Positions 1 through 11,016 of a DNA stretch of 64,000 nucleotides are shown piece by piece. The notes under the pieces were generated by a model. It had not been told where the DNA came from. It made no database searches and was given only the letters and a program-made list of their open reading frames with translations. Location: positions 195,283 through 259,282 of the forward strand of contig CAVYHJ010000002.1 in NCBI GenBank assembly GCA_963768165.1, written 5' to 3'. The stretch is from an uncultured bacterium (GTDB lineage Bacteria; UBP4; UBA4092). The position numbers and the translations under genes were made by a program. Numbering within the stretch: the first letter of the stretch is position 1; the number at the start of each line of letters is the position of its first letter.

Positions 1-1
1 T

Positions 2-1963
2 CTGGCGGAATTTGCTTTACTTCAATCGGATACCACCAAGGCCATTTCCTTATTTCAAAAAGCGCTTTATTGCGCCCCTCACCGGGACGATATTCAGGAT
101 CGTGTCAGACTTTTATTGGGACAAAAAGATTTTTACGAACCCTATGATGTCGTATTCGAGACCGTGGATACTACCGGATACGATTCAGGAACCTATCCCC
201 GTGCCGCGGTAATTTATCTATTGGATTTAGCGGTTTCGGTTTATCATCCCGATGGCAGTGAACGCACGATGGTACATCAAGCGGTCAAAATCTTGAATAA
301 ACAAGGCAGGGAACGATTCGAAGAAATCTCCATTCCCTCGAATGCCACAGTCATTCTCGCCAGAACCATTACCAAAGATGGGAAAATTTATAAACCTACT
401 TTAATCACGCAAACTTCTTCCGGGAAAACTCTTTCCATGTATGCCGTGGAAGAAGGTACTATCGTGGAATATACTTATGTCTATAACGAAGGCGGGGGTG
501 GTTCACCTGTCAACCGTTATACCGCGGGAGAATTTTACTATCAAGAAAAAGAGGATGTCATGGCATTATCCCGCTCTGTATTTATTGTGCCGGATGGCGT
601 ATTGTTCCAATATCATTCTCATCCTGCGGATTTTCTGCCTACGATTTCTGTGACCACCCCCTTTAATTCCCCCTCCTTACTTAAGGAAGGGGGAGGGGGT
701 GGTCAAAAAGTATACTTATGGGAAAAAAGGAAAAGTCCGGGGATTAGAGATGAACCATTTATGCCCCCCATGGAAGATATCTCTGTCAATAATTTCGAAT
801 CCACCTATCCCAACTGGGAATCGGTCATTTTACCGATTCTGGACCATGTTCGAGAAGACTTGGTTCCATCATCCTGGATTTCTGAAACCGCAAAATCTTT
901 AATTTCATCGGCTACCACTGACAAAGAGAAAGTTCAAAAGATATACGACTTTGTGTCTCAAAAGATTACTTCCGACAATTCCGGCGGCGCGACAGTCACG
1001 GACATATTACTCATTGGATCAGGTTCTATGAGAGAAAAAACCTTGTTGGCCAAAGCCCTGCTCGATGCCGTTCAAATCAAGTCAGAATTGATGCTTGTGA
1101 CAACGGAAGATATTCCCGAAATTCAATCAGGGATTCCCCAGCCGGGACAATTTACTCGACCCTTACTTTATCTGCCGGATAAACCCGGAGGGTTTGAATA
1201 TTTGGATTTTAGTTCCCAGTATCGTCCGGCAGGACACATATCAGAATCCATCCAGGGGAAAGCAGAAATCCGGTTATCCTCAAATGGATTTGGATTTTAT
1301 TCTATTCCCGACTATAGCCAGACAGAACTTGGTACTTTCCATCAACTGGTTGTAACCGTTCTTAAAGACAGCACCTGCCGAGTGACCGGAAAAATCGTTT
1401 ATTATGGCGATAACGCCGTATCTCTGCGGGATTATCTCAACGACCCCATTCGAAAAAAGCGTACTCTCGACGAAGAGATCAACCGGTTATTCCGGGGAAT
1501 CGAAATCTCCACCAGCGCCTGGAACGGGTTAAACGATTTGACTCAGCCGGTTTCATTAACCTTTGAAGGGAAGGTTTCCAACCTGCTCACCCCCAATACC
1601 GAGGGATTCACTTTTACACCTCTATTAGATAAACTCAGCCTATCCCGGTATGTCCCTGCTCCTCAACGGGAATATCCATTGCAAATTAATGATGCCATCG
1701 CTCATGGCGAGTATGAACTTGAATTGAATTTGCCGGATACTATTCAAGTAGGCGGGTTACCTTCCGAACTTCTCGAAGTCAGTCCCTATGGAAATTATGA
1801 ATTGCACTGGACTCCGGTTACGCAGCATCAATGGATTGGGAAACGTTCGGTGCTGATACCTAAATTGAAAATCAAAAAGGACCAATATCCCGATTTTCTG
1901 GACTTTTGTCAAAAGATTGATTCCTTGGAAAAGCAACAATTGCATCTTATTTGGGTTAAATAA
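2..1963 (+). CDS. Transglutaminase-like superfamily (DUF3857-type) protein, 5' partial
   Basis: Reading frame of ORF 116..1963 stays open upstream to the window edge (LAEFALLQSDTTKAISLFQKALY...); motif GSGSMREKTLLAKALLDAVQ resembles a transglutaminase core with Cys replaced by Ser. Confidence 0.45.
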   Translation: MAEFALLQSDTTKAISLFQKALYCAPHRDDIQDRVRLLLGQKDFYEPYDVVFETVDTTGYDSGTYPRAAVIYLLDLAVSVYHPDGSERTMVHQAVKILNKQGRERFEEISIPSNATVILARTITKDGKIYKPTLITQTSSGKTLSMYAVEEGTIVEYTYVYNEGGGGSPVNRYTAGEFYYQEKEDVMALSRSVFIVPDGVLFQYHSHPADFLPTISVTTPFNSPSLLKEGGGGGQKVYLWEKRKSPGIRDEPFMPPMEDISVNNFESTYPNWESVILPILDHVREDLVPSSWISETAKSLISSATTDKEKVQKIYDFVSQKITSDNSGGATVTDILLIGSGSMREKTLLAKALLDAVQIKSELMLVTTEDIPEIQSGIPQPGQFTRPLLYLPDKPGGFEYLDFSSQYRPAGHISESIQGKAEIRLSSNGFGFYSIPDYSQTELGTFHQLVVTVLKDSTCRVTGKIVYYGDNAVSLRDYLNDPIRKKRTLDEEINRLFRGIEISTSAWNGLNDLTQPVSLTFEGKVSNLLTPNTEGFTFTPLLDKLSLSRYVPAPQREYPLQINDAIAHGEYELELNLPDTIQVGGLPSELLEVSPYGNYELHWTPVTQHQWIGKRSVLIPKLKIKKDQYPDFLDFCQKIDSLEKQQLHLIWVK

Positions 1964-1989
1964 TTAAACATTAAGTTGAAAGGTGAGTT

Positions 1990-2985
1990 ATGAGAAGAAT
2001 TCAAGTCGGCGTTGTAGGCGTTAATGGGATGGGGCGAGGACATTTGGAGGCGATTTCCAAATCGAAGAAAGTAGAATTGGTCGCGGTTTGTGATGTCCAA
2101 TTTCAGCCTCTTCAGGCGGCGATGAAAAAGTATGCTGTGCCCGGATTCACGGACTATGAAAAGATGTTTCGCACGGTTCCCATGGACGGAGTTATTCTGA
2201 TTCTACCGCATTTTGCCTATCCCAAAGCCGTGGATTCTGCTATCAAACATCGCATACATATCCTAAAAGAAAAGCCCTTGGCGCGAAATTTCAAAGAAGC
2301 CCAAGAGATGGTAAATAAAGTTAACGAGTCTGGCTTGGTATTTATGTTAGCAACCCAACGAAGGTATCATTCGGCGTTCGGGCAGGTTCACAAATACTTA
2401 CCGAAAATCGGGCGGGTATTTCTCGCGCGGGCACAATATGTTTTTCATTGGAAGTCCAAGGATATGAGTTGGCGTGGAGTTAAGAAATTGGCAGGTGGTG
2501 GAACTTTGCTGGATATGGGTTATCATGTCGTGGACATGGTCGTATCCAATCTCGGATTACCGGAGGAAGTGTATGGGTATCATGAATCTGTTGGCGCTCC
2601 CGGAGTGAAACATGATACGGAAGATACTTCCGTGGTCACATTCCGATATAAAAACGGATGTATCGGATATTTATTGAATTCCTGGGTTTCCAACCCTACG
2701 GAAGAAACCGTCATTTTTCATGGAACCAAAGGAATTTTAGTTGCCGATTGGCAGGGTCTGCGTTTGTTGAAACCTGACGGCAAAGAAGTCAAGAAAATCC
2801 CGGCGGACCCGAATTGGGTCAACACACTTTTAACTCAAGTGGAGCATTTTGCTGATTGTATTCGGCTTAAGAAAAAACCTCTTACTTCCGCTGATAAAAA
2901 TTTAGCAAATATGGCACTCATCGAAGCCGCCTATAAATCATATAAAACTCACAAACCGCAAAACCCACATCTGTTATTGAAATAA
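1990..2985 (+). CDS. Gfo/Idh/MocA family NAD(P)-dependent oxidoreductase
   Basis: N-terminal Rossmann motif VGVVGVNGMGRGH, EKP motif (ILKEKPLA), 331 aa; GTGAG-type RBS upstream. Confidence 0.85.
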   Translation: MRRIQVGVVGVNGMGRGHLEAISKSKKVELVAVCDVQFQPLQAAMKKYAVPGFTDYEKMFRTVPMDGVILILPHFAYPKAVDSAIKHRIHILKEKPLARNFKEAQEMVNKVNESGLVFMLATQRRYHSAFGQVHKYLPKIGRVFLARAQYVFHWKSKDMSWRGVKKLAGGGTLLDMGYHVVDMVVSNLGLPEEVYGYHESVGAPGVKHDTEDTSVVTFRYKNGCIGYLLNSWVSNPTEETVIFHGTKGILVADWQGLRLLKPDGKEVKKIPADPNWVNTLLTQVEHFADCIRLKKKPLTSADKNLANMALIEAAYKSYKTHKPQNPHLLLK

Positions 2986-3042
2986 ATATTTGCTCCGTTC
3001 CAATCTTTTCAATCTCCGCGACATGTTATAATTTTTAACATT

Positions 3043-4068
3043 ATGTCATCTGCCCTAATTTCCGTTCATCAATTAACCAAAACTTTTAAAACTTTTCACC
3101 GTAAGGAAGGCGTTGGTGGTGCGGTTTACAATTTATTCAAGCGGGATTATCGTCAAGTCCTGGCGGTTGACCATATCTCGTTTGAAATTCAAGACGGGGA
3201 ATTCATTGGATACATCGGCCCCAATGGCGCGGGAAAATCCACCACGATCAAAATGTTAACTGGTATCCTCGCGCCAACGTCCGGCGATATTCGAGTCGCG
3301 GGATTTATCCCTTGGAAACAGCGTCGGAAATATGTCACGCAAATCGGTGTGGTGTTTGGTCAGCGGACTCAGCTCTGGTGGGATATCGCCGTCATTGAAT
3401 CCTTTAAACTATTGCAAAAGATTTACGAGATTCCGTTGGACGTTTTCAAAAAACAACTGGACACCTACACTGAGATTCTTGAACTAAAAGAATTCCTCCA
3501 CACGCCTGTCCGTAAACTCAGTTTGGGTCAAAGAATGCGCTGTGATTTAACCGCTTCCCTACTACACCAGCCAAAAATTCTTTTTCTCGATGAGCCGTCG
3601 ATTGGATTGGACGTGGTCGCCAAATCTCGCATCCGTGATTTCTTAAAATATCTTAACCAGCAATTCAAAACCACAATCCTTTTGACCACCCATGACTTGG
3701 ATGAGATTGAGAAACTCTGTCCGCGTATTGTTCTCATAGACCACGGAAAAAAAGTCTATGACGGATTGCTTGATACTCTTTTGGATTCCTGTGTCCTGAC
3801 TCAAAAAATTACCGTTGACCTGGAAGACTCCTCGAAATTGGATTTCCTGCAATCGAAAAAAGGGAACGGGATTATGGATTATGCACGGATTAATCCCTAT
3901 CAAGGAACCATCACGATTGACCGCAAAAAAATGAGCGCGGGGGAAGCGGTTGCATTAGTCTTAACCAAGACGACCGTAAAAGATTTAAAGATCGAAGAAC
4001 CCTCAATCGAAGATGTCATCCGGGATATCTATGAAGGGAAACAAATTCTTCCATCGAGTAACCTATGA
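3043..4068 (+). CDS. ABC transporter ATP-binding protein (ABC-2 type system)
   Basis: Walker A GPNGAGKST, signature LSLGQRMR, Walker B LFLDEPSIGLD; ATGA overlap with next gene. Confidence 0.9.
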   Translation: MSSALISVHQLTKTFKTFHRKEGVGGAVYNLFKRDYRQVLAVDHISFEIQDGEFIGYIGPNGAGKSTTIKMLTGILAPTSGDIRVAGFIPWKQRRKYVTQIGVVFGQRTQLWWDIAVIESFKLLQKIYEIPLDVFKKQLDTYTEILELKEFLHTPVRKLSLGQRMRCDLTASLLHQPKILFLDEPSIGLDVVAKSRIRDFLKYLNQQFKTTILLTTHDLDEIEKLCPRIVLIDHGKKVYDGLLDTLLDSCVLTQKITVDLEDSSKLDFLQSKKGNGIMDYARINPYQGTITIDRKKMSAGEAVALVLTKTTVKDLKIEEPSIEDVIRDIYEGKQILPSSNL

Positions 4069-4880
4069 GTACCTCTTTCACCAAGATTCAGAAATATACC
4101 GAATACCTGCGTATATCCTTTCTCACTATGCTGGCGTATCGCGCGCGTTACTTTATCGGAATCACGACTTACATTATCTATATCGCCGTCAATTACTTCA
4201 TCTGGAAAGCCATGTTCAATTCCTCCGCATCTACCATCGGCGGATACACCTTCCCGCAAATGATTACCTACATTAACGTGGGTTGGATTTCCCGGAGTTT
4301 CTACTTTAATCGGCTCGATACGGAAATCGCGCAAAAAGTAGTCAAAGGGGATTTGGCGCTGGATTTGCTGAAGCCCGTGGACTTTCAAATGATGCAGTAT
4401 GCCCGAACGTTTGGAGAGGCGGTTTTCCGGTTATTCCTATTCACCCTGCCGACCTTCGTGGTGGCAATCTTCTTTTTTCCCATCCAGTTACCCGCTCATT
4501 CGACAACCTATGTTCTCTTCGTAATCAGCACACTCTTTGCCTTCTTACTTTTTACTTCCATCAATTACATTGTCGGTTTATTTTCCATCCCCTTGCAGAA
4601 CATTGAAGGGTTGTCCTATGCCAAGTCTAATTTGATGTTATTCTTTACCGGCTTGGTGATTCCCTTCAATCTCTTTCCGCCGATCATTACTCAAATTCTT
4701 AATTGTCTTCCCTTCGGCGGAATCTCTTATATCCCCTTGCAAATTTATCTGGAAAAGTTGTCTTTCCTAGGAATTTTTAAAGCTTTTGCAAATCAAATTA
4801 TTTGGATTTTGGTTCTTCATGCCATGGGTCGGTTAATTTATACTCAGTTCACTCGCAAGATTATTATTCAAGGAGGCTAA
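4065..4880 (+). CDS. ABC-2 family transporter permease
   Basis: Polytopic hydrophobic 271-aa protein translationally coupled to the upstream ATPase. Confidence 0.7.
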   Translation: MSTSFTKIQKYTEYLRISFLTMLAYRARYFIGITTYIIYIAVNYFIWKAMFNSSASTIGGYTFPQMITYINVGWISRSFYFNRLDTEIAQKVVKGDLALDLLKPVDFQMMQYARTFGEAVFRLFLFTLPTFVVAIFFFPIQLPAHSTTYVLFVISTLFAFLLFTSINYIVGLFSIPLQNIEGLSYAKSNLMLFFTGLVIPFNLFPPIITQILNCLPFGGISYIPLQIYLEKLSFLGIFKAFANQIIWILVLHAMGRLIYTQFTRKIIIQGG

Positions 4881-5684
4881 ATGCTTAAAACGATTATCTT
4901 TCATCTCAAAATCGGGTTCGGCCAGCAGGTGCAATTCCTTAAAGCGAAAATGGCGTATCAGGAAGATTTCTGGATTGGGCTGGTCGCGAACACTCTCTTG
5001 CACGTGGTCAACTTAATATTTATTAACGTCATATTCGAACAGACCAAGTCTCTGGCAGGCTGGGGAAAATATGACGTGTTCTTTATCTACGGAATGTCCA
5101 TCATCCCTTACTCTCTTTTCCACGGACTCTTTTCCAATATCTATTATTTGGCGAATGATTATATTGTCGAAGGAAATCTGGACCGGATTCTCCTCCGTCC
5201 GGTCAATAGCCTTTATCAGATTTATACCCAGAAAGTAGAACTGGAAGATTTAAGCGATATTTTTCTCGGTATTGGTATCCTGATTTATTCTTCCTTGGCT
5301 CTGCATTTACATTGGGGGATTCTGGAATATTTCGGATTGATTTTCTTTGTGATTTGCGGAGTGGCGGTATTTGTCGGCGTATTCACGACTTTATCATGTC
5401 TCAGTTTCTGGTTTTCCGACCGCACCGGCTTGATTCCCCCGGTCTATAACATGATGCAATTCGGCAGGTATCCTGTGACTATTTATAATTCCGTTGTCAA
5501 ATTCATCCTATCTTGGATCATCCCCTTTGCCTTTATCGGATTCTACCCCTCGACCTGGTTTATCCGCCGAGCGGAGTTCTCGCATTTTCTTCTCATCACA
5601 CCCGTCGTTGCCTTCGGTTGTATGTTCGTCGGCTACCTTACCTGGCATTTCGGATTACGACGATATGAGAGTACGGGAAGTTAA
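4881..5684 (+). CDS. ABC-2 family transporter permease (second subunit)
   Basis: Polytopic 267-aa protein starting 1 nt after the previous stop; same operon. Confidence 0.7.
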   Translation: MLKTIIFHLKIGFGQQVQFLKAKMAYQEDFWIGLVANTLLHVVNLIFINVIFEQTKSLAGWGKYDVFFIYGMSIIPYSLFHGLFSNIYYLANDYIVEGNLDRILLRPVNSLYQIYTQKVELEDLSDIFLGIGILIYSSLALHLHWGILEYFGLIFFVICGVAVFVGVFTTLSCLSFWFSDRTGLIPPVYNMMQFGRYPVTIYNSVVKFILSWIIPFAFIGFYPSTWFIRRAEFSHFLLITPVVAFGCMFVGYLTWHFGLRRYESTGS

Positions 5685-5763
5685 AAATTATCTTGATCAA
5701 TGCCAATCAGTGTTATCCGTGTCATCAGTGTACATTCTTTAACTTGGAACACCCAGCATCTAT

Positions 5764-6828
5764 CTACAATTTTATCACCAACTTGCCAAAGACCTGTCTC
5801 GATTCCATAATCGTCTCGGCTTTACTCACGTCTTTTAACGGATGCACGGAATGAATCGCGGGTTTCAATTTCCCCAGCGCCACCAATTCGGTCACGTGCA
5901 ATAATTCATTGCGCGTCCCCAGCATGGAACCCATGATATTTAATTGCCGCGAAAAGATGTAGCGTAAATCCACTTTCACTTCCGGTCCGGTGGTTGACCC
6001 GCAAAAGACCAATCGGCCATTCTTGCATAACGATTTCAAACTCTTGTCAAAAGTCGCGGGACCCACATGTTCAAACACCACATCCACGCCCCGCCCGCCG
6101 GTCAATTCCTTCACCTTTTCGTAAAAATCATGCGTCGGGAATGAAGTGTTCTCTACGGATTTCCCGACGCCGTAATCAATCGCTTCATCCGCGCCCAGTT
6201 TTTTACACTGTGCCAATTTCTCCTCACTACTGGACAGGGCTATCACTCTGGCACCGAACAATTTGGCAATTTGTATCGCTGCTGTTCCAATACCACTGCT
6301 CGCTCCCAAAATCAATACCGTCTCCGCTGGACGTAATTTCGCCCGTCCTATCAACATGTGCCACGCCGTTAAATACGCCAATGGAAACGCTGCCGCGTCT
6401 TCGAATGAAATCGTCTTGGGTTTGGGTATCACATGCTTCGCCGGGACAGCGGCGTATTCCGCAAACGCCCCTTGCGTATGCCCGCCGAATAATTTAAATT
6501 GAACGCAGGTGCTTTCCTCTCCCATCCGGCAATATTCACATTCAAAACACGGTTGTCCGGGAGAGATAATCACCTCGTCCCCGATTTTCCACTGCGTTAC
6601 CCGCGCCCCGACTTTCTCGATAATCCCCGCCCCCTCACACCCGCCGATATGCGGCATCGGCGCGTGATACGCCGGGATTCCCTTCCGAATCCACACATCC
6701 ACATGATTAATCGAAGTCGCCTTCACCCGCACCAACACTTCATCTTCTTTCATCTCTGGTTGGGGAAATTGCTCTTCATACGTTAACTTCTCAACCCCAC
6801 CCGGCTCATAAAAAACTACAGCTTTCAT
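5764..6828 (-). CDS. Zinc-dependent alcohol dehydrogenase family (MDR) oxidoreductase
   Basis: Catalytic Zn motif GGCEGAGII, structural Zn Cys cluster CFECEYC, NAD-binding ILGASSGIGTAAIQIAK. Confidence 0.85.
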   Translation of the reverse strand: MKAVVFYEPGGVEKLTYEEQFPQPEMKEDEVLVRVKATSINHVDVWIRKGIPAYHAPMPHIGGCEGAGIIEKVGARVTQWKIGDEVIISPGQPCFECEYCRMGEESTCVQFKLFGGHTQGAFAEYAAVPAKHVIPKPKTISFEDAAAFPLAYLTAWHMLIGRAKLRPAETVLILGASSGIGTAAIQIAKLFGARVIALSSSEEKLAQCKKLGADEAIDYGVGKSVENTSFPTHDFYEKVKELTGGRGVDVVFEHVGPATFDKSLKSLCKNGRLVFCGSTTGPEVKVDLRYIFSRQLNIMGSMLGTRNELLHVTELVALGKLKPAIHSVHPLKDVSKAETIMESRQVFGKLVIKL

Positions 6829-6862
6829 CGTATGTTCTCCTTCTCATTTGATTATACATTGA

Positions 6863-7258
6863 ATGTCTTGCTCATTTAAACTGGGTTTGGTATATTCTCA
6901 GGTTATGAAAGTGGCTTCAGGAAAAAAGAAAAGGATACTCAATTTAATAGTGTATGTATTTACTAATAAAATTACAACACGTATACTCAGTATAGGATTC
7001 TTTGCTTTATATGTTGGCTTTTCTATGACAAATCAGCGTACTGCTGCATTCCGTCTGATCGGAGTATATTTTATTTGCGGTGCGCTATATAATCTTCGTC
7101 ATCCGTGTGTCCCTTATGGAATTAGAGGACAACCACCAGCAGGATATTTAAGAGGGATTTATGCGGTTATCTTTGATATTGTGATTTTTATTATTGGTTT
7201 ATATTTTATTGTTTCACCAGAGTTGGCTAAGGAAATTTACGCTTATATGCATTCTTGA
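6863..7258 (+). CDS. Hypothetical small membrane protein
   Basis: 131-aa ORF with hydrophobic segments; no recognisable motif. Confidence 0.3.
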   Translation: MSCSFKLGLVYSQVMKVASGKKKRILNLIVYVFTNKITTRILSIGFFALYVGFSMTNQRTAAFRLIGVYFICGALYNLRHPCVPYGIRGQPPAGYLRGIYAVIFDIVIFIIGLYFIVSPELAKEIYAYMHS

Positions 7259-7512
7259 TATTTAGATAGAGCAATGCATCCTTCACCGCATCCTTGTCAT
7301 TCTGAGCGCAGCGAAGAATCCCTGTGTTCTACTCCCATATTATAGATTCAATGCGTCGGGAATTTTAGTGTTCTTTACGGTATTCCTGATGCATCTTTTA
7401 AAAAGGTTAAATTGTGATTGACATGATTAATTTCGTATGATAACCTTACGTTTCGTGTGGTAGGCGAAAATTTGATTTTTCCACATATTAACTCTAAAGG
7501 GAGGTAGTCGTT

Positions 7513-8016
7513 ATGAAGAAAATAATTCTATTCAGTTCGCTATTCGTATTTTTCATGATTGGATGGACTTGGACAAAAGTTGCGTGGACTAATTCTTTGG
7601 GTCCATTCGAAGACGTATATACACTGATTCCAATGAGCGGGTACACTACACTTCAGATCCAGTATGAATATTCAACAACAAGGTTTCAATTAAAATTGCC
7701 ATCCAAACCTGATTTGATTATGGAAAAGATTGAGAAAATAAAATTGTCAGTGAGTAAAAGTCCACATCCCTACCATATCATTATTGAGTTCAGTTCTGAT
7801 TATACTACTCAATTTGCTAAGCTTACTAGAAAAAACATAGGAAAATATATGGCAGTAATTGCGGATAACAAAGTGCTGGCTTGTAGAGTAATTACAAATA
7901 CCACTTCGAATACTTACATATTTATCAATTGGAGCGGTACTAACGAAGAGAATTCCCAATTCATAAAGTGGCTTAAAGGCAAGCCTCTGGAATTTTATTT
8001 TATTGTAATACCGTAA
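7513..8016 (+). CDS. Hypothetical secreted protein
   Basis: N-terminal signal-peptide-like segment MKKIILFSSLFVFFMIGWTWT; GGGAGG RBS upstream. Confidence 0.35.
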   Translation: MKKIILFSSLFVFFMIGWTWTKVAWTNSLGPFEDVYTLIPMSGYTTLQIQYEYSTTRFQLKLPSKPDLIMEKIEKIKLSVSKSPHPYHIIIEFSSDYTTQFAKLTRKNIGKYMAVIADNKVLACRVITNTTSNTYIFINWSGTNEENSQFIKWLKGKPLEFYFIVIP

Positions 8017-8083
8017 ATTATTTTTCCCTACTTCAGAAATAAAAAGTCTTTGAACGCGCGCCTCTCAAAACCCAACCACCGGA

Positions 8084-8464
8084 TTATCGCAAGTTCCACC
8101 GGTTCATATGGTCATCCCATGGATGGTTGCCGGTGGTAATTCCCAATATGCCATTAAAGCCAATGGCAACCCACTGTTTTTTGAGTTTCCCGATAGTATC
8201 TCTCACAACTTTATCAAACCGGATGATTTTTGCCTTTATAGTATACTCGCCTGCCTTGACTTCATCACCCAAAGGCATCGATAGATGTATCGTAACGGTA
8301 ACAGTCTGTTTAGGATCATACTCATGATTGGAAACAAAACAAGCGCCCGATCCGCTGATGTTCATGGTGATAGTTTCATCGGTAAAGGTATCCCCTTTAG
8401 GATCAATCCCTTGTACTTCAATGGGGACATCTAGGAAATATCTCTTTAATCTCCTGTTATCCAT
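8084..8464 (-). CDS. PilZ domain protein (c-di-GMP binding type)
   Basis: N-terminal RxxxR (RRLKR) followed by NISGSG (D/NxSxxG) motif typical of PilZ. Confidence 0.6.
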   Translation of the reverse strand: MDNRRLKRYFLDVPIEVQGIDPKGDTFTDETITMNISGSGACFVSNHEYDPKQTVTVTIHLSMPLGDEVKAGEYTIKAKIIRFDKVVRDTIGKLKKQWVAIGFNGILGITTGNHPWDDHMNRWNLR

Positions 8465-8662
8465 TACAATTTGCCATATTAATTAGATACCCATGCGGGA
8501 ATATATCCCGCATAAATCGTACCATATTTAATAAAAAAATCCCGGTGAACAGGAAGGTAAACCGCTCTACTTGGCAGAACTATCCTCTAAATCCCGTTAA
8601 AAAATAGGCGTTGTTGGATAGACAGGGGAAATTGAATCCGGGGCAGGTAAGAAACTTAATAA

Positions 8663-10996
8663 CTACGGCTTTTTATCCTTATGCTCGATCTTCTTGAAAT
8701 CATCAAGGGTTTCAGTCTTTTTGTTGAGGTCGTTTTTTAACCGCTGTAACGCCACTCTCATGACATCTCCATGAGAAATCCGCTTACCGTCCATGCGGGA
8801 CTGTACGTCAAGCCATAGGCTGTGTACCATATTAATATCTTCCTCACTCAATTGAGGAGCATGGGCACCCAAATTAAAGACATATTCAAACCCGTCCATA
8901 TCCACGACTTTAAACTGGACTTGTCGACGGGGTTTTTGCGGGAGCCGTTCCCAAGCTTGGCCAATGAGCTTTTCCTGTTCCCGGGCGTTCATTTTGGCAG
9001 ATAGACCGGTCACGATTTCAGCGGAATCCAGCCGCACCGCCGTTTGCGCCAGCGCATCGAATATATTATTGGAAGGAACCACCAGCAGGTCTACATGTTT
9101 CCCGTGTTTTTCAGCCATATTGACCACCGCGGTAAATAGGCGTTGTTCGTAATCCCGGAATAAGTTTTCCTGGTACAGGTCTCGTTCCCCGCTATCCGGT
9201 CCGGTAAGTAAGCGTATGGTGGTAACTACCACATCCTGTGCCACAGTATCGGTTTCATCCAACATATGTTCCAAGTGAGCGAGGAGATTGTAATTATGTA
9301 CCGCCACTAAAATATTGCCCGGTCGGGTTTGTACGGATTCCAGGCTGACTTCATGTTCTTGCGAAAGATTAAATTGTTCCAGGGAAGATACGGATTTATC
9401 CACTCTTTTGTGATTAATGTATTCCGAAACCGCAAATACGGTATAAAAAATACAGGTAAAGGCAATCCCTGAAATCGTGGCGATTTCTTTGGTAAATATA
9501 TTCACGACAGCGATGAAAAGTAAAACAGACGTAATCAGGATAAGTCCAAACGGGATTTCCAAAGTACCAATATATAAATTCCCCGGGACTTTCCATTCCC
9601 GCGGTGATTTGTCCTTATAGCGCAATACCACCATCGCCAGCCCTTTGAAGGCAAAAGACCATACCACACCAAAGGCGTAGGCTTCACCGAGCATATAGAC
9701 GTCTCCATGAGAACCCACGATGGTTAATAGTTGCATAAAGACAATCAAATTGATCATCCGGTAAGTGGTGCCGTATTTTTTCTGCGGTTTTCTAAACCAG
9801 GACGTCAGCACACCGTCTTCACTCAGCCGGTTGAGTACGCCGTTCGACCCGACAATGGCGGTATTCACCGCGCCGGAAAGCATTAAAAATCCCACAAAGA
9901 CTACAAAGGCTTGGAATAATAAGCGTAACGACAGTGGGCCAATCATATACATCGAAAGACCCGATATTAAATTGTCAAAGTATTGCGGTCGTACCGAGTC
10001 CGGGATAATCATAGAAGCAAAAATGCTGACCAGGGAAGTGAATATCAGGGAATAAACAAAGATGACAAAGCCGGCGCGCATAAGGTTTTTATGTTTGGGA
10101 TATTCCAGTTCCCTGTTCACCTGCGCCAGGGATTCTTCTCCGCTCATGGCTAAAACCGCATGGCCAAATGCGATCATGATTCCCAGTACCCCCATCCACA
10201 TGCCGAGTCCCCCGCGCATTCCAAACCGGGTTTCAGGGGGCGGTGCACTTGGATCCGCGGGGACAGCGTTGGGAGTATGAGTTAATGGATAAAATGCTTT
10301 AGGGAATATTTTCGGCATCCATCCGATAGCATCTTTGCTATATTCCATATGGCTGGCGGTCGGGGGAGGGGGCATTTGAGTTATCCCTTTTTGGATAAGA
10401 GTCAGGCTGCACCAGAATATCATAATGACCACCATCACGGTAGTAATTTTCATTATTTGTAAAGCATCCGAGGACGATTCATGCATCCCCTGGATATTCC
10501 GCCACCAGAAATACAGGGTTATAAATATGGCGATTCCAGCGGAAATCAAGTTAATGACCGATTTATCGGGCTGCCAGGGATGGCCAAAATAGGTCATAGT
10601 TTGCGCCACCAGTCCTACAATATACTGTCCTGCCGACACACCTGAAATGGGTCCCGTGAGTACATAGTCAAACATCAGGGCAGACACACTGATTTTAGCG
10701 AGCGTCCCGCCCATGGCTTCTTTGACCACGCGGTACACCCCACCCCGGGTAAACATGGCACAGCTTTCAACATAGACTGCCCGCACGGCGTAACTGAATA
10801 ACATGACCCCCAAAACCAGCCAGGGAGCCGCCCGGCCTGCCGCTTCTTCCGCAATCCCACCGACATAAAATGCCGATGAGCCCAGGTCGTTTAAGACAAT
10901 AGCCGCCGCGCGCCAAAAGGAGATAAAGGACAACATCACGGTCGTCGCGATAACTACCCGGACTCGATTTTGTTGAGGTGTAGTAGTAGGTTCCAT
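8663..10996 (-). CDS. APC-superfamily transporter with about 300-aa C-terminal cytoplasmic (USP-like) domain; possible K+ or amino-acid importer
   Basis: About 12 predicted TM segments in the N-terminal 480 aa plus a soluble C-terminal domain; immediately preceded by riboswitch-like leader A. Confidence 0.7.
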   Translation of the reverse strand: MEPTTTPQQNRVRVVIATTVMLSFISFWRAAAIVLNDLGSSAFYVGGIAEEAAGRAAPWLVLGVMLFSYAVRAVYVESCAMFTRGGVYRVVKEAMGGTLAKISVSALMFDYVLTGPISGVSAGQYIVGLVAQTMTYFGHPWQPDKSVINLISAGIAIFITLYFWWRNIQGMHESSSDALQIMKITTVMVVIMIFWCSLTLIQKGITQMPPPPTASHMEYSKDAIGWMPKIFPKAFYPLTHTPNAVPADPSAPPPETRFGMRGGLGMWMGVLGIMIAFGHAVLAMSGEESLAQVNRELEYPKHKNLMRAGFVIFVYSLIFTSLVSIFASMIIPDSVRPQYFDNLISGLSMYMIGPLSLRLLFQAFVVFVGFLMLSGAVNTAIVGSNGVLNRLSEDGVLTSWFRKPQKKYGTTYRMINLIVFMQLLTIVGSHGDVYMLGEAYAFGVVWSFAFKGLAMVVLRYKDKSPREWKVPGNLYIGTLEIPFGLILITSVLLFIAVVNIFTKEIATISGIAFTCIFYTVFAVSEYINHKRVDKSVSSLEQFNLSQEHEVSLESVQTRPGNILVAVHNYNLLAHLEHMLDETDTVAQDVVVTTIRLLTGPDSGERDLYQENLFRDYEQRLFTAVVNMAEKHGKHVDLLVVPSNNIFDALAQTAVRLDSAEIVTGLSAKMNAREQEKLIGQAWERLPQKPRRQVQFKVVDMDGFEYVFNLGAHAPQLSEEDINMVHSLWLDVQSRMDGKRISHGDVMRVALQRLKNDLNKKTETLDDFKKIEHKDKKP

Positions 10997-11016
10997 TATC
11001 CTGTCAATTCACTCCA

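Noticed and set aside
5994-6497. 167-aa plus-strand ORF
   Set aside because: Lies wholly antisense within the zinc-dependent dehydrogenase gene.
7418-7441. Sigma70 promoter TTGACA...TATGAT upstream of 7513
   Set aside because: Spacer is only 12 nt; not reported as a feature.
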